The notes beneath the pieces are model-generated. The model was given only the letters and a program-made list of their open reading frames with translations. It was not told the DNA's origin and made no database searches. This document shows positions 1 to 9,860 of a stretch of 64,000 nucleotides of DNA, piece after piece. How positions within the stretch are numbered: position 1 is the first letter of the stretch; the number at the start of each line of letters is the position of its first letter. The position numbers and the translations under genes were made by a program. This stretch comes from a bacterium (GTDB lineage Bacteria > Sumerlaeota > Sumerlaeia > SLMS01 > JAHLLQ01), in NCBI GenBank assembly GCA_020444065.1, contig JAHLLQ010000003.1, forward strand, positions 132,979-196,978. The letters run 5' to 3'.

Positions 1-3
1 GAC

Positions 4-3000
4 ATGCGGCCTCGAGCGAATCTGATGCAGTGGCACCTGCATGTGAAATGGGGGACGGAGTCGATTGAGGTCGCTCCTGGCGACATCGTCTCTCAGCCGG
101 AGTTTGTTCAGGGCGTCGAGCCGCTGTGGAACGGAAAGATCGTCTCTCGATTGCACGGACGGGGCACGATGCGATTGATGGAGGATTGTGTAGCCGCAGT
201 GCGATTGCTGCGGTTGGCCGAATCGGAGTTCTGGGACAATCCAGAGGTTTCGTTGTTCTGCGGCGACGATTTGGTTCCAGTGTTTTGCGCGTGCCTGAAG
301 GGGATGGAACGCGAACCAGGAGCTGTGACGCTTCGTGCCGAGTTGGATTGGCCGTGGAATGCGAGGAAACTCATCTGCCGAAACCTTGCGGAACTGAACA
401 TCGGAAGCGCACTGGGTATTCGCAAGGACACGTGGTTGCCGCAAGTCTTCGGTGAGAACGACGGTGTTCCGGCGGCGGCGCTGCATGTCGTTTCCAGTGC
501 AAGGTTGCGCGAGGCGATCGATGCGGCGAGCACGATTGTTCTTCTTCGAACCCAAATCGACTGGCCCACGCGCGGGCGCGTGCAGATCGAGGACGAAGTG
601 CTTGAGTACCAGGCGCTGCAGGAAGATCCGCCGACGTTGGTAAATCTGCAGCGTGGCGAGGTGTGTGCTCATCCGAAGGGGGCGAAGGTTGTTATGTTGC
701 CGGCTAATGGAGAGGCAGTCCGTTGGGTCGCGGCCGATCACGAGTCGGAAATTCTGGCTGTACGCGCCGGATCGCCAGATGGTGAAGAGGTGTTTGGGCT
801 CGAAGCCGCGAACGTTGAACTGGAGGGGCGCACGGCGTGTGTGTTGAGCGCGGATCGGTTTCCGGTTCTGCGCGAGCACGCAGCGTGGTCGATTCCATTT
901 GCGCCGGAACCGGATGCGACGTGCTGGGAGTTGCAGCCCGAGACGATGGCGATGTGGCCGACGTACTTGTTCCTCGAAACGGGCATGGCGCAGGGCGCGC
1001 GGCTGTCGACGGCCTACCCGCAAATCGTTGCGCAATGGCAGGAGGATTTCTCTCGTCGCGCGAATCGACACGACAAGTTGGATGCCCTTCGGCTGACGAT
1101 GGAGATTGTAGCGGCGGCCGGATGGGGCGCCGACATGTATGTAGAGCTGACCGTGGAGAATTCGCGCGGCGCGATCGTGCGTCGCATCGGTTTCGCGGAT
1201 TTGCTGAGCAGTATCGGGGCGTTTGAAGGCAGCGGCAAGGTCGAAGAAGTCACGGTGTCCGAGCGTGCGATCGAGTTGGGTTCGCCGGATCGATTCGTGT
1301 TGGATTTCGACGATGTGCAGGCGGCCGATTGGTCGGATTTACCCAGTGCCATCGCAGGTTCATTTTCAACCTGGGCAAGGGGGTCGACCCCGCTAGTCGC
1401 ACGACTTCATCGCCAGGCAGTACCATCGCAACGCGCAATGGAACGCGTGGGACTGTTCGCGAGAGTTCGGGCCGTCGGGTCGGCGTGCAACGTCGAGATC
1501 TTGGCCTCCATTCCGAGCCGATTGAAGTACGTGCACTCGGCTTCTGTCGGAACGGAATGGCAGACGATCGGAGAGTGGTTCGGCGCGAACGGCGCTGTGC
1601 CGGACGAGTTGCTTCGCGAGGATGCGGAGTTTCATCTCTCGTTGCCGGCCGGCGGTGAAGTGGAGGTCGCGGGCTTCTGGATCGAAGCGGAAGTGCCGCC
1701 GCGTGAAACAGCCAGCGCAGACGGGCTTGTGGGCGCACAGGTGAAGGTCTCCGGTTCCGTGCGACAAGCAATGGCTTTCCAGGCCTATTCCGTCGACGTC
1801 TCTGAACTTCTGGATCCAAGCGATCCTTGGAGCTTCCTCGCTGGTGGAGATAATTCGCCGCGTGTGACACTGCGGATCGTGAACGCCGGTTCGTTGTTCT
1901 CCGTCGAGATTCATGCATTGACTTGGCGGGGCTCCGTGTACCCGGCGACGCGTGTTGCGTTGGCGACGAAGCTGTATACTCACCAGCGCGGGCGGATGAC
2001 GGGGCTGGACGGCGCGTGCGCGGCCGGCGACGTGATCGCGCTGCTCCACCGAGATGCGGACTTCGGTGCATTGCCGGAGGCCTCGCTGGATGGCGAAGCA
2101 TTGGCCGCGGCGTCGGCGGATCTGGAGGCGTTGCATCGGCGATTTGGAACGTGGTTCGCGGAGAGGCGGACCATTCGCGATGTGATGTTGGAGGCATTGG
2201 GCGAAGCGGGTTGTTTGCTTGTTCCGCGCGGCGACTGCTGGGCGCTCAGTGTACTCGACCGCGATCCAGAGTTCCATGCACCGGCTGAGTTCACAGAGGA
2301 GAACGTGTTGGAGTTCCCCGGCGCTCTGCAGGTGGAACCGGCGGTGCTGGAAGCGAAGACGCTGTTGCTCCACGATCAGGAAGGCGAGGCCGCATGTCGA
2401 ACGAATCGCTCCAACGGACAGGGATGTGCGAAGTGGCAATTGCGCTGGCTGCGTTCGGGTTTCGATGAATTGGCGCGCCTCGCGTTCGAGCGGCTCGGCG
2501 TGCCGACGTATCGGATTTCGCTGCCGACTGATATGGCGTGGTTGCGGCTTCCGCTCTGGAAGGAGTCGCGGGTGGCGCTTCAGAAATGGGGGACGGAGTC
2601 GCGCGTTGGGCACGTTGCGCAAAGCGGTTTGAAGGACGGCTCTCTCCAGATCGAGCATCGATTGCTGGGGCGTCGCGTCATCTGTTGGTCATGCGATCGG
2701 GCGATGCTCCGGCGCGATGTTTCGCCGACGCGGCTTGTTGTGGCGATTGATGGTCGAGTCGTTGCGCGCTTCACGCCGGAGGACCTTGAGCTTCGCGGCG
2801 AGGTTCTGGAAGGTGGAAACGTCCCGCAGGCGGAGGAGCCCATCGCGTTCCAGGACGAGTGCGTTGTCTTCACCATCAATGGCGAGGCCTTCGCGATCGA
2901 TTCGGACGGAAACTTGATCGTGTCTGGCGGGATTGCGGAATTGCTCGATCTTGCCGACTCAGCGCCGGACGGCGGTTTCAACATTCAGGGTGAGCGTCTG

Positions 3001-3102
3001 ATTCTTGGGACTCCGGAACTGGGTATCGTCGCGGCACTTGATTCTTCCACAAAAACTCTGCAACTGGCCGGATCGATCATCGAGCGGGCGGTTGCGCTAT
3101 GA
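4..3102 (+). CDS. Large phage tail/structural-like protein (true start may lie upstream of the window)
   Basis: 1032-aa ORF. Segment GRVQIEDEVLEY...LQRGEVCAHPKGAKV resembles the IxDExxxY...RG...H..GA.V motif of tail-associated proteins. Overlaps the start of the fibre-like ORF and lies near a terminase. Confidence 0.5.
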   Translation: MRPRANLMQWHLHVKWGTESIEVAPGDIVSQPEFVQGVEPLWNGKIVSRLHGRGTMRLMEDCVAAVRLLRLAESEFWDNPEVSLFCGDDLVPVFCACLKGMEREPGAVTLRAELDWPWNARKLICRNLAELNIGSALGIRKDTWLPQVFGENDGVPAAALHVVSSARLREAIDAASTIVLLRTQIDWPTRGRVQIEDEVLEYQALQEDPPTLVNLQRGEVCAHPKGAKVVMLPANGEAVRWVAADHESEILAVRAGSPDGEEVFGLEAANVELEGRTACVLSADRFPVLREHAAWSIPFAPEPDATCWELQPETMAMWPTYLFLETGMAQGARLSTAYPQIVAQWQEDFSRRANRHDKLDALRLTMEIVAAAGWGADMYVELTVENSRGAIVRRIGFADLLSSIGAFEGSGKVEEVTVSERAIELGSPDRFVLDFDDVQAADWSDLPSAIAGSFSTWARGSTPLVARLHRQAVPSQRAMERVGLFARVRAVGSACNVEILASIPSRLKYVHSASVGTEWQTIGEWFGANGAVPDELLREDAEFHLSLPAGGEVEVAGFWIEAEVPPRETASADGLVGAQVKVSGSVRQAMAFQAYSVDVSELLDPSDPWSFLAGGDNSPRVTLRIVNAGSLFSVEIHALTWRGSVYPATRVALATKLYTHQRGRMTGLDGACAAGDVIALLHRDADFGALPEASLDGEALAAASADLEALHRRFGTWFAERRTIRDVMLEALGEAGCLLVPRGDCWALSVLDRDPEFHAPAEFTEENVLEFPGALQVEPAVLEAKTLLLHDQEGEAACRTNRSNGQGCAKWQLRWLRSGFDELARLAFERLGVPTYRISLPTDMAWLRLPLWKESRVALQKWGTESRVGHVAQSGLKDGSLQIEHRLLGRRVICWSCDRAMLRRDVSPTRLVVAIDGRVVARFTPEDLELRGEVLEGGNVPQAEEPIAFQDECVVFTINGEAFAIDSDGNLIVSGGIAELLDLADSAPDGGFNIQGERLILGTPELGIVAALDSSTKTLQLAGSIIERAVAL

Positions 3103-3125
3103 CGATGAACAGAAAGGACAATTCA

Positions 3126-4667
3126 ATGCGAACGTTGATGGTTTGCGTGCTCTTGTTGATTGCGACAGGGGCAGGGGCTTTTGAAACACAGCGCGTGGAA
3201 ATGCGGGAAGGAGCGGAGAACGACGGGCGGGTTGCGATCTATCGCGACGGTGGAGAGTTGATGTTCTCCGATAACATCACGAGCGACCCGGTTTCGCTGA
3301 CAGATCTGGTCTCGCGCGCAAACGAGCACGGAGAACTTACGGGCTTGGTCGAAGATGACCATCTGCAGTACCTGAACGATGCTCGGCACGGCGTGGCGCA
3401 TGATGCCGCGTTCAATGATGCCATGCCGGTGCTGGGTGATGTGACTGGCGGCGTGACGATTGGGCAGCACATTGCCAGTGCAGATTATCATCTTGGCCGC
3501 ACGGAAGAAGAGACGATCTCTGCGCCGTGGTACTTCAATGATGTCGTTCATTTCGACGCGGGGACGATTCGGCTTTCGACGCCGAATCCAATCGGCGAAA
3601 AGACTGTGATCTTCGAGGAAATGCCTTTCAGTGCATCGCTGACGTACGATCCGATGGATTTCCGATTTGAGCTCAACCGCGCTTTGTGGACACCGTGGAC
3701 GACGAGTGAGTCGGGGGTGTTTACGGAAGCGGCTGTTTCATCTCTTCTGAGCGGTCGGTTTGATGGAAACCGGTCGGCCGTGCTGGAAGGGTTCGTTTCG
3801 GTCGAAGGAATCGCAGCCGGAGATCTTGTTTCTCGCGAGGTTGCCGAGGATATTCTCGGCGACTGGGAGTTTCTGAGCCCGTTGGGAGTGGCCGCGACAG
3901 ATGACAGCGAGGACTTGCGCGCCGAGGGCGTGGCGATCTCATTTGCCACGGAGACGGATGGAGCTGTGGCGCTGGACAATCGCGAACGCGCTGCGCTTCG
4001 TGCGGATTTGACTGCCACGCTTTCGAGCGATGGCGGCATGGCGAATGCCTTGGCGGCCGGTGTGTATGGGGACGCGTCGATCGATCAAGCGACTGCAGCA
4101 TCGACAAGCGGCCTGGTGTCCGGTGTCTATGGCATCGGACGAAGTGCGAGGAATTCGCTTCTGGCAGCGGGTGTGACGGGTGTGGTGGATGAAAGCGAGA
4201 CCGGAACGCGAAGGATCGGTGTGCTTGGCGCGTTGTCGAAAGACGATGCGACTTCCGTAACGATGATTCCGCCCGGCGATCATGCCGGCGTGTTCCTCGG
4301 CGATGTATTCGTCGGTGGTGCGACAACGATCGTGTCTACGAATGCCTCTGGCGGTTCGATTGCAGCGGGTGACGTGGTTGCGTGGACCGCGGGAGGCGTT
4401 GCGATCGCGCCGGCGTACTCTTCAGCTACCGGAGCCGTCGCAGGAGTTGCCACGAACGATACGGCCGCAGGGGAAACCGTCGTTGTGGCATTCGGCGGTG
4501 TCGCACATGTGAAGGTGAGTTCAAGCACGACGGCCGGCCAGGGATTGGCCTGGAATGGTTCGTATGCAGTTGCTGCGTCGGCGGGTTGTCGAGCTCCTAT
4601 CGGAACGGCAACCGAGAGCGGAAGCGGAACGGTTGCGATGCAGGTCATTCCAGCATTCAATCCGTAG
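3126..4667 (+). CDS. Tail-fibre-like protein with N-terminal signal peptide and C-terminal DUF2190/capsid-cement-like domain
   Basis: Signal-like N-terminus MRTLMVCVLLLIATGAGA after AAGGA RBS. HGELTGLVEDDHLQY is a phage-fibre-type motif. C-terminus IAAGDVV...VAGVATNDTAAGETVVV..GGV..VK...APIGTA. Confidence 0.55.
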   Translation: MRTLMVCVLLLIATGAGAFETQRVEMREGAENDGRVAIYRDGGELMFSDNITSDPVSLTDLVSRANEHGELTGLVEDDHLQYLNDARHGVAHDAAFNDAMPVLGDVTGGVTIGQHIASADYHLGRTEEETISAPWYFNDVVHFDAGTIRLSTPNPIGEKTVIFEEMPFSASLTYDPMDFRFELNRALWTPWTTSESGVFTEAAVSSLLSGRFDGNRSAVLEGFVSVEGIAAGDLVSREVAEDILGDWEFLSPLGVAATDDSEDLRAEGVAISFATETDGAVALDNRERAALRADLTATLSSDGGMANALAAGVYGDASIDQATAASTSGLVSGVYGIGRSARNSLLAAGVTGVVDESETGTRRIGVLGALSKDDATSVTMIPPGDHAGVFLGDVFVGGATTIVSTNASGGSIAAGDVVAWTAGGVAIAPAYSSATGAVAGVATNDTAAGETVVVAFGGVAHVKVSSSTTAGQGLAWNGSYAVAASAGCRAPIGTATESGSGTVAMQVIPAFNP

Positions 4668-4688
4668 AAGCCGGCAATTCCGAAAATG

Positions 4689-4727
4689 AAAATCCCCCGG
4701 GCGACGGTCGCTCGGGGGATTCTTTGT
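4689..4727. terminator. Bidirectional intrinsic terminator
   Basis: AATCCCCCGGGCGAC-G-GTCGCTCGGGGGATT hairpin with T-rich runs on both strands, between convergent genes. Confidence 0.75.
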
Positions 4728-4731
4728 TGGA

Positions 4732-6411
4732 TCAGAAGCGTGGCGATTGTTTGCGTGCTCCGGCAAACGTCGTTGTGTTGCCGGTGCATCCGGCGGAGCG
4801 GAGCGCGAGCTCGACGGCCCCGGCCAGCGCATCGAGGGCATCGTCGTGTTGCACGCGCGGGAAGTCCTGGAACTCGCGCCAAAATTCCTCGGGCAGCGTT
4901 TCAGCGAGCGCCAGGCGCCCGCTTGAGAGCAGGGGCTCGAGCGTTGCGATGCGGGATTCCTTGCGACGATTCGGCTTCACGATATCGATCGGCAAATCGT
5001 AGCGACGTCCTTCAGCCTGGCGGCGTCGGCGTTCTTCTTCAATCGGCATCGTCAGCAATTCCTGAAAGCCCGTTCCTTCGATGGCGAGTCGCTCGAACGG
5101 TGCTTGTTCGTGTGTCTCGAAGAGGTTTTGAACCTGCCTGCTGGGCGCGGCGCGGCGAACCCAGATGCAAAGGGCCACGAGCATTCCGTCCGGCGCGAGT
5201 CCGACGGCTGCGAGTGCTGCGAAGTCGCCGCGCGTGCGATTCTTGCCGAGCGCGGCGTCATGATAGCCGAAGAGTCGCAGGTCCTTCATCGGGATCGTGC
5301 GAAGCGGATGGTGACTCTGCGGCGGCAGGATCGAGACACCCTTTCTCGTGCGTCGAGCGCGCCAGGCGGACTCGGGCTCGAACAAGGCGTCTTCCGGGCC
5401 GAGCGGTTCGTTCTGCTTTTCCTGGAAGAACGCGCGGCGGCCTTGTGTGACGAGTTGTACTTGCAGTTGCTCGTAATCTTCCTTCGAGTGCCAGAGTACG
5501 TCCGAGTCCCATTCCATGATCACCTGATGCTTGAGGAAGTACTCGCGGGCCTGTTCGCGACGATCGGGTTGCGACGTATCGGTCAGCAGGCGCCGCCATT
5601 CGTCCCATTGGGGGCATGGCTCGGCAAACTTCACGATGGAGCGGAAGTGCATCGATTCGAAATCGGGGCGCTTCATCAAGTGCGCCAGGAGACCTTCGCG
5701 ATGAAGGACCGTACCGATGGCAAGGATATGCGTGTAGCGATCGCCGAGGTGCTCGATGACTTCGTGGAACCAGTCGAGCAGATGCGCGCGACGGCGCTGC
5801 GATTCGGCGGAGGCGCTGGACTCGGCATCGTCGAGGATGATCTTGGTCGGGCGCCAGGAGTTGTGCGAGATTCCGCGCATTTCGGAACCAGCACCGAGCG
5901 CTTCGAGTCGCACTCCATTCGCAACGAGCAGTCGTGCGGAGGATTCGATCCGTTTGCGGCCGAAACGATCCGGAAACCACTTGGTTAGAGGAGTGTGCCC
6001 CGTAAGTTCGTTCCGCACTGCACTGAGGCGCTGTTGCGCCTGGCGCTGGGTGGCGGAAACGAGCAGGATGTAGCTCTCCCGCGCGTAGACGATATCATGC
6101 AGTGTCAGCAGCAGCGAGACGATGGTAGATTTCGCGCATCCTCGTGGGGCGGCCAGTGCAATTCGGCGCCCTTCGCGTTGCGGGAGCGGATCGGGGCAGA
6201 GACCTTCGTGGAGGCGAAGCAACCGGTAGTGGAATTCGGCAAACGGCAGGCGCAGGTGATGGCCGAGAGCCTGTTGCGCGAAGATTTCGAGATCGCGCTC
6301 GCACCGGATCTCCATCAACCGACGTTGGACTGCCGGATCACTCCGTTTGACCAGATTCCAGAATTCCCTCCTCGAGGAGCCGTGGATCGATTGCGAATCC
6401 GGAATCTTCAT
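4732..6411 (-). CDS. Phage terminase large subunit
   Basis: Walker A APRGCAKST, Walker B IILDDAE, FFQEKQNEP, nuclease acidic motifs GYHDAALG and HDDALDAL. Start placed at ATG 6411 (MKIPDS). Confidence 0.88.
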   Translation of the reverse strand: MKIPDSQSIHGSSRREFWNLVKRSDPAVQRRLMEIRCERDLEIFAQQALGHHLRLPFAEFHYRLLRLHEGLCPDPLPQREGRRIALAAPRGCAKSTIVSLLLTLHDIVYARESYILLVSATQRQAQQRLSAVRNELTGHTPLTKWFPDRFGRKRIESSARLLVANGVRLEALGAGSEMRGISHNSWRPTKIILDDAESSASAESQRRRAHLLDWFHEVIEHLGDRYTHILAIGTVLHREGLLAHLMKRPDFESMHFRSIVKFAEPCPQWDEWRRLLTDTSQPDRREQAREYFLKHQVIMEWDSDVLWHSKEDYEQLQVQLVTQGRRAFFQEKQNEPLGPEDALFEPESAWRARRTRKGVSILPPQSHHPLRTIPMKDLRLFGYHDAALGKNRTRGDFAALAAVGLAPDGMLVALCIWVRRAAPSRQVQNLFETHEQAPFERLAIEGTGFQELLTMPIEEERRRRQAEGRRYDLPIDIVKPNRRKESRIATLEPLLSSGRLALAETLPEEFWREFQDFPRVQHDDALDALAGAVELALRSAGCTGNTTTFAGARKQSPRF

Positions 6412-6670
6412 GAGAAGCGCTCTCCATGTCGGCCAGTTTGTGGCGGAGTACCTGGATTTGCAGCATGCGCTGCATGATGGTGAGGACGGCTCCGAGGTCT
6501 GTGAGCTTTGCGGGCTCGGGCAGCTTCGGGGCTGCCTCGGCGAGGCGCTCGGGAGCGGTTTGGACGAGGGTGTCGAGGCTGGCTTCAAAGACGTCGAGCC
6601 AGCGATCGAGTACATTCTCGATACGCATTATGCACGATTCAAGATTGATGGGAACTTCCTGTGAGGACAT
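6338..6670 (-). CDS. Small helical protein, candidate terminase small subunit
   Basis: 96-110 aa ORF directly upstream of and overlapping the TerL start; positional inference only. Confidence 0.45.
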   Translation of the reverse strand: MSSQEVPINLESCIMRIENVLDRWLDVFEASLDTLVQTAPERLAEAAPKLPEPAKLTDLGAVLTIMQRMLQIQVLRHKLADMESASHEDSGFAIDPRLLEEGILESGQTE

Positions 6671-6907
6671 TCGGTTGGAAACCTCCTGGGTGTGGGATGA
6701 ACTAAGCCAGGAGGCATTCTGGCACGGATCAGGAGGTGTTGTTGGACGGACCGCTTCGCATGGCGCATTTGGACAAATCGGCTGATTTTGCTGATTTTGT
6801 CGGTATCGACCAAGTGGATGATTTGACTTGGCAAAGTCCCTGCTATTCGGAGTGGCAGAGTCCGGCCAGGGATGGGCCGGGGAATACTAACGGAGTGGTG
6901 AAGTGTC

Positions 6908-7231
6908 ATGATTACGATCACGGAAACGGCGGCGGCCGAAATCAGGCGCCTATTGGCGACAGAGAAAAAAGAGAGTTGGGGCCTGCGTGTCGGTGTGGCC
7001 GGCGGCGGATGCTCGGGATTGAGTTACACTCTCGCCTTCGATGAAGAGCCGAAGGAAGCAGACAGCGTCTTCGAGATCAGCGACATTCGGGTCTTCGTCG
7101 ATCCAAAGAGCTATCTCTTCTTGAATGGGATTACCCTGGACTATTCGACGGATCTGCTGAACGGCGGGTTCCGGTTTGTGAATCCAAACGCTTCGCGCAC
7201 GTGTTCGTGCGGCAGCTCGTTCTCCATGTGA
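6908..7231 (+). CDS. A-type Fe-S cluster carrier (HesB/IscA/ErpA family)
   Basis: GGGCSGLSY, C-terminal NPNASRTCSCGSSF. Confidence 0.95.
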   Translation: MITITETAAAEIRRLLATEKKESWGLRVGVAGGGCSGLSYTLAFDEEPKEADSVFEISDIRVFVDPKSYLFLNGITLDYSTDLLNGGFRFVNPNASRTCSCGSSFSM

Positions 7232-7263
7232 GTCTGTGATCGTCGGTAGTGATGAGAATTAAC

Positions 7264-7303
7264 GCCTCCTGTGAGACGAGAGTTTCACAGGAGGCTTTTC
7301 TTT
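7264..7303 (+). terminator. Intrinsic terminator
   Basis: GCCTCCTGTGAGA...TTTCACAGGAGGC followed by TTTTCTTT. Confidence 0.8.
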
Positions 7304-7440
7304 GGCCTCGTGAAAAAGCGAACAAGCATTCCGGTGGAGGAATTCATCACGCGAAGGCGAGTCGTTCGTGTCGAGACTTTCTCGTTGCAGTTGATCGGTG
7401 TCGGCCGAAAGAACCACGGTCCTGATCCTGGTCCGAGGTC

Positions 7441-8865
7441 TTGTTGCTTGTGAAATCATTCGCTGTCCTTCTCATCTCCCTTCTTCTTCCGATTCTCTGC
7501 ACGGCGGCGCCTCGCGATGGCGAGGTGCGGCAACTGACACAGAGGGGCGCCGCTGCGCGTGGGCACTGGGGCGTATACGCGGTGAACTTGAGCTCCGGCG
7601 CGGAGGTTGCGGATTACCAGTCGCGCAAGCTCTTCCTTCCGGCGTCGAACCGTAAGCTGGTCACGGCGGCAATGGCGGCGAAGTACATGGGTGGCGATGC
7701 GACGGTGCGAACGGTGGCGCATGTGCCGTCGATTTCCGGCGGCATTGTGCAGGGCGACCTGACGATCGAAGCAGTCGGTGATCCGACGTGGAATGGCGAG
7801 TTCCTCGGCGGGCGACTGGGGCGTTCGGTGCTGGCGCGGCTGGCGGATCAGATCGCGGACGCTGGGGTGAAGCGTGTGAAGGGCGACCTGGTGATCGATA
7901 CGTCGCGCTTTGCGGAGCCGGCGCCGATTCCGCCAGGGTGGACCTGGGAGGACTTCCAGACGATCGATGGGGCAATTCCTTCGGTGTTCGGGATCGAGAA
8001 GAACCTGGGTCGCGTGGTGATATCGCCAGGCAGTGTGGGGTCGCCGGTGCGTGTGTCGTTTTCGAGCCCGGTGGAGCCTTTTGAGATTCTGAATCTATCG
8101 ACGACCGGTTCGGCCGGTTCGGCGCCGACGTTGCAGCTCGATCGCGGGCTGGCGGGCAAGACGCTGACGATTACGGGGTCGATCTCTTCGGATTCCGGCG
8201 AGGCGGCGAGGTCGATGCCGCTGGGCGAGCCGGTGGCGCACGCGGCGCGCGTGCTGTTGGAGGAGTTGGCCGACGCGGGCGTGCATGTGGATGGGAACAT
8301 CCGGCTGAGCGAAGCGGGTCGCGAGATGGGCCAGGTGGTGGCGGCGGTGACCTCGGCGACGGTGGGGGACTTGCTCCAGGAGATGAATATTCCGAGCGAC
8401 AATTTCCTGGCCGAGAGCACGTATCTGCTGGCGGGGGCGGAGCTCTACGGGCGCGGGTCGTACAACTCCTCGCACGCGGCGGAGAAGCGTTTTTGGGGCA
8501 GCCTGGATGTAGAGGACTGGGAATGGGTGCCGATGGATGGCAGCGGGCTGTCGCGGAAGAATCTGGTGACGCCGCACGCGCTGGTGGAATTGCTGCGCGA
8601 GATGCACGACGACGAGGCGTTTGTCGATAGCCTGCCGGTTTCGGGTGTGAATGGAACGATGAGGTATCGGCTGACGGACGGCGGATTAGCCCGGCGAGTG
8701 CGCGCGAAGACGGGGACGCTGGATGGCGTGGCGGCGCTGTCCGGCTATGTGACGACGAACAACGGCAGCCAGGTGGCTTTCAGCATCATGGTGAACAACG
8801 CGGACGCGCGAGCGACGACGCTGCGGCGCACGGTGGATGACATCGTGGAAGTGCTGGCGCGGTAG
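7441..8865 (+). CDS. dacB: D-Ala-D-Ala carboxypeptidase/endopeptidase (PBP4, peptidase S13)
   Basis: PASNRK (SxxK), SDN, DGSGLSR, KTGTL; signal peptide. Confidence 0.92.
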   Translation: MLLVKSFAVLLISLLLPILCTAAPRDGEVRQLTQRGAAARGHWGVYAVNLSSGAEVADYQSRKLFLPASNRKLVTAAMAAKYMGGDATVRTVAHVPSISGGIVQGDLTIEAVGDPTWNGEFLGGRLGRSVLARLADQIADAGVKRVKGDLVIDTSRFAEPAPIPPGWTWEDFQTIDGAIPSVFGIEKNLGRVVISPGSVGSPVRVSFSSPVEPFEILNLSTTGSAGSAPTLQLDRGLAGKTLTITGSISSDSGEAARSMPLGEPVAHAARVLLEELADAGVHVDGNIRLSEAGREMGQVVAAVTSATVGDLLQEMNIPSDNFLAESTYLLAGAELYGRGSYNSSHAAEKRFWGSLDVEDWEWVPMDGSGLSRKNLVTPHALVELLREMHDDEAFVDSLPVSGVNGTMRYRLTDGGLARRVRAKTGTLDGVAALSGYVTTNNGSQVAFSIMVNNADARATTLRRTVDDIVEVLAR

Positions 8866-8998
8866 GGGGGCAGGTTTCTTCGCCCCCTCCGGGGACGAGT
8901 TGTCTCTCTCAGTCTATCCCCGGGTTCCCTCCCTGCGGTCGGTCACCCGGGGCGATTCAGCTTGGCCGCCCTTCGGGCGACCGCGGGTTCTGCCTTTT

Positions 8999-9297
8999 GA
9001 GGTGACTTGGCCATCCTTGGTCAAGAGCAGTCCCGGGGTGCTGCCGGGCGCAGTTGGCTTCTCGAACCTACGAAAACAAGGCGAACGTCGCCGGGGCTTG
9101 AGCAAGATGCTCAAGTCACCTCGGAGTGGGTTGTCTTTTGAGGTGACTTGGCCATCCTTGGCCAAGAGCAGTCCCGATTTGATTATCGGGCGCATGTAGC
9201 TTCTCGAACCAATGACACCAAGGCCTGCATCGCTGGGGCTTGAGCAAGGATGCTCAAGTCACCTCGGAGTGGGTTGTTTCTTGAGGTGACTCGGCCA
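8999..9297. repeat. Tandem BIME/REPIN-like cluster of the GAGGTGA-hairpin REP
   Basis: REP copies at 8999-9025(+), 9097-9122(-), 9140-9166(+), 9239-9265(-), 9283-9297(+, degenerate); unit period 141-143 bp. Confidence 0.85.
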
Positions 9298-9475
9298 CTT
9301 GCCTGTCGAAGCTTCATGCGCAGGCGGGTCTCCGGCCGAGAGCTGGCAAAGCAAAGACAACGAAAAGACACGATTGTGGCAGGGGTTTCTCGGCGGGTTG
9401 CGCCCTCAGGATTCGGGGAGTTTCCGATGGGAGGGGTGTGTCTTGAAGACTGATCGGGTTGTTTCACGGAGGGCG

Positions 9476-9712
9476 ATGGCGGCGGATGCGGCGCCGCGCA
9501 GGGAGCCGGTGGAGTATCTGGACGATCTGGGGCTGGCGGAGTTGCCGACGCTGCTGCAGCCGCGGCAGGTGGCGGAAATACTGGATGTCGCGCCTCAAAC
9601 GATCCATAATCTGGTTCGCGGGGGCGAATTGGCGGTCGTGCGTCTGGGGCCTCAGAGCTACCGAATTTTCCGCCGAAGCCTGGAGGAATTCCTGCGCCGG
9701 AATATGGAATAG
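9476..9712 (+). CDS. Excisionase-type helix-turn-helix DNA-binding protein
   Basis: LLQPRQVAEILDVAPQTIHNLVRGGELAVVRLGPQSYRI; GGAGG RBS. Confidence 0.85.
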   Translation: MAADAAPRREPVEYLDDLGLAELPTLLQPRQVAEILDVAPQTIHNLVRGGELAVVRLGPQSYRIFRRSLEEFLRRNME

Positions 9713-9860
9713 TGTAGATCGACACATGGTCTGCAAATGCTCTGTCATCAGTCTAATAAAACGCTTGATGACCGAAAGGATTATCGCTATTTCTACAGAT
9801 GAAGTGAGCAGCCTTCAGCAGAATGAGTCTTGTACGGGGGACTCGCTGCAAGAGGGAGCG

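Noticed and set aside
6412..6615. Ser/Pro-rich N-terminal extension of TerL
   Set aside because: Overlaps the small upstream ORF in another frame; low-complexity translation; ATG 6411 is the more plausible start
6781..6850. GCTGATTTT tandem and GACTT-GGCA-AAGTC palindrome over TTGACT as a regulator site
   Set aside because: Too short to distinguish from chance without comparative data
8999..9297. CRISPR array
   Set aside because: Repeats alternate in orientation, the interiors resemble each other, and no cas genes are present; fits REP/BIME
9476..9712. Excisionase marking a prophage boundary
   Set aside because: Separated from the phage genes by housekeeping genes, with no integrase; stand-alone HTH proteins of this type are common
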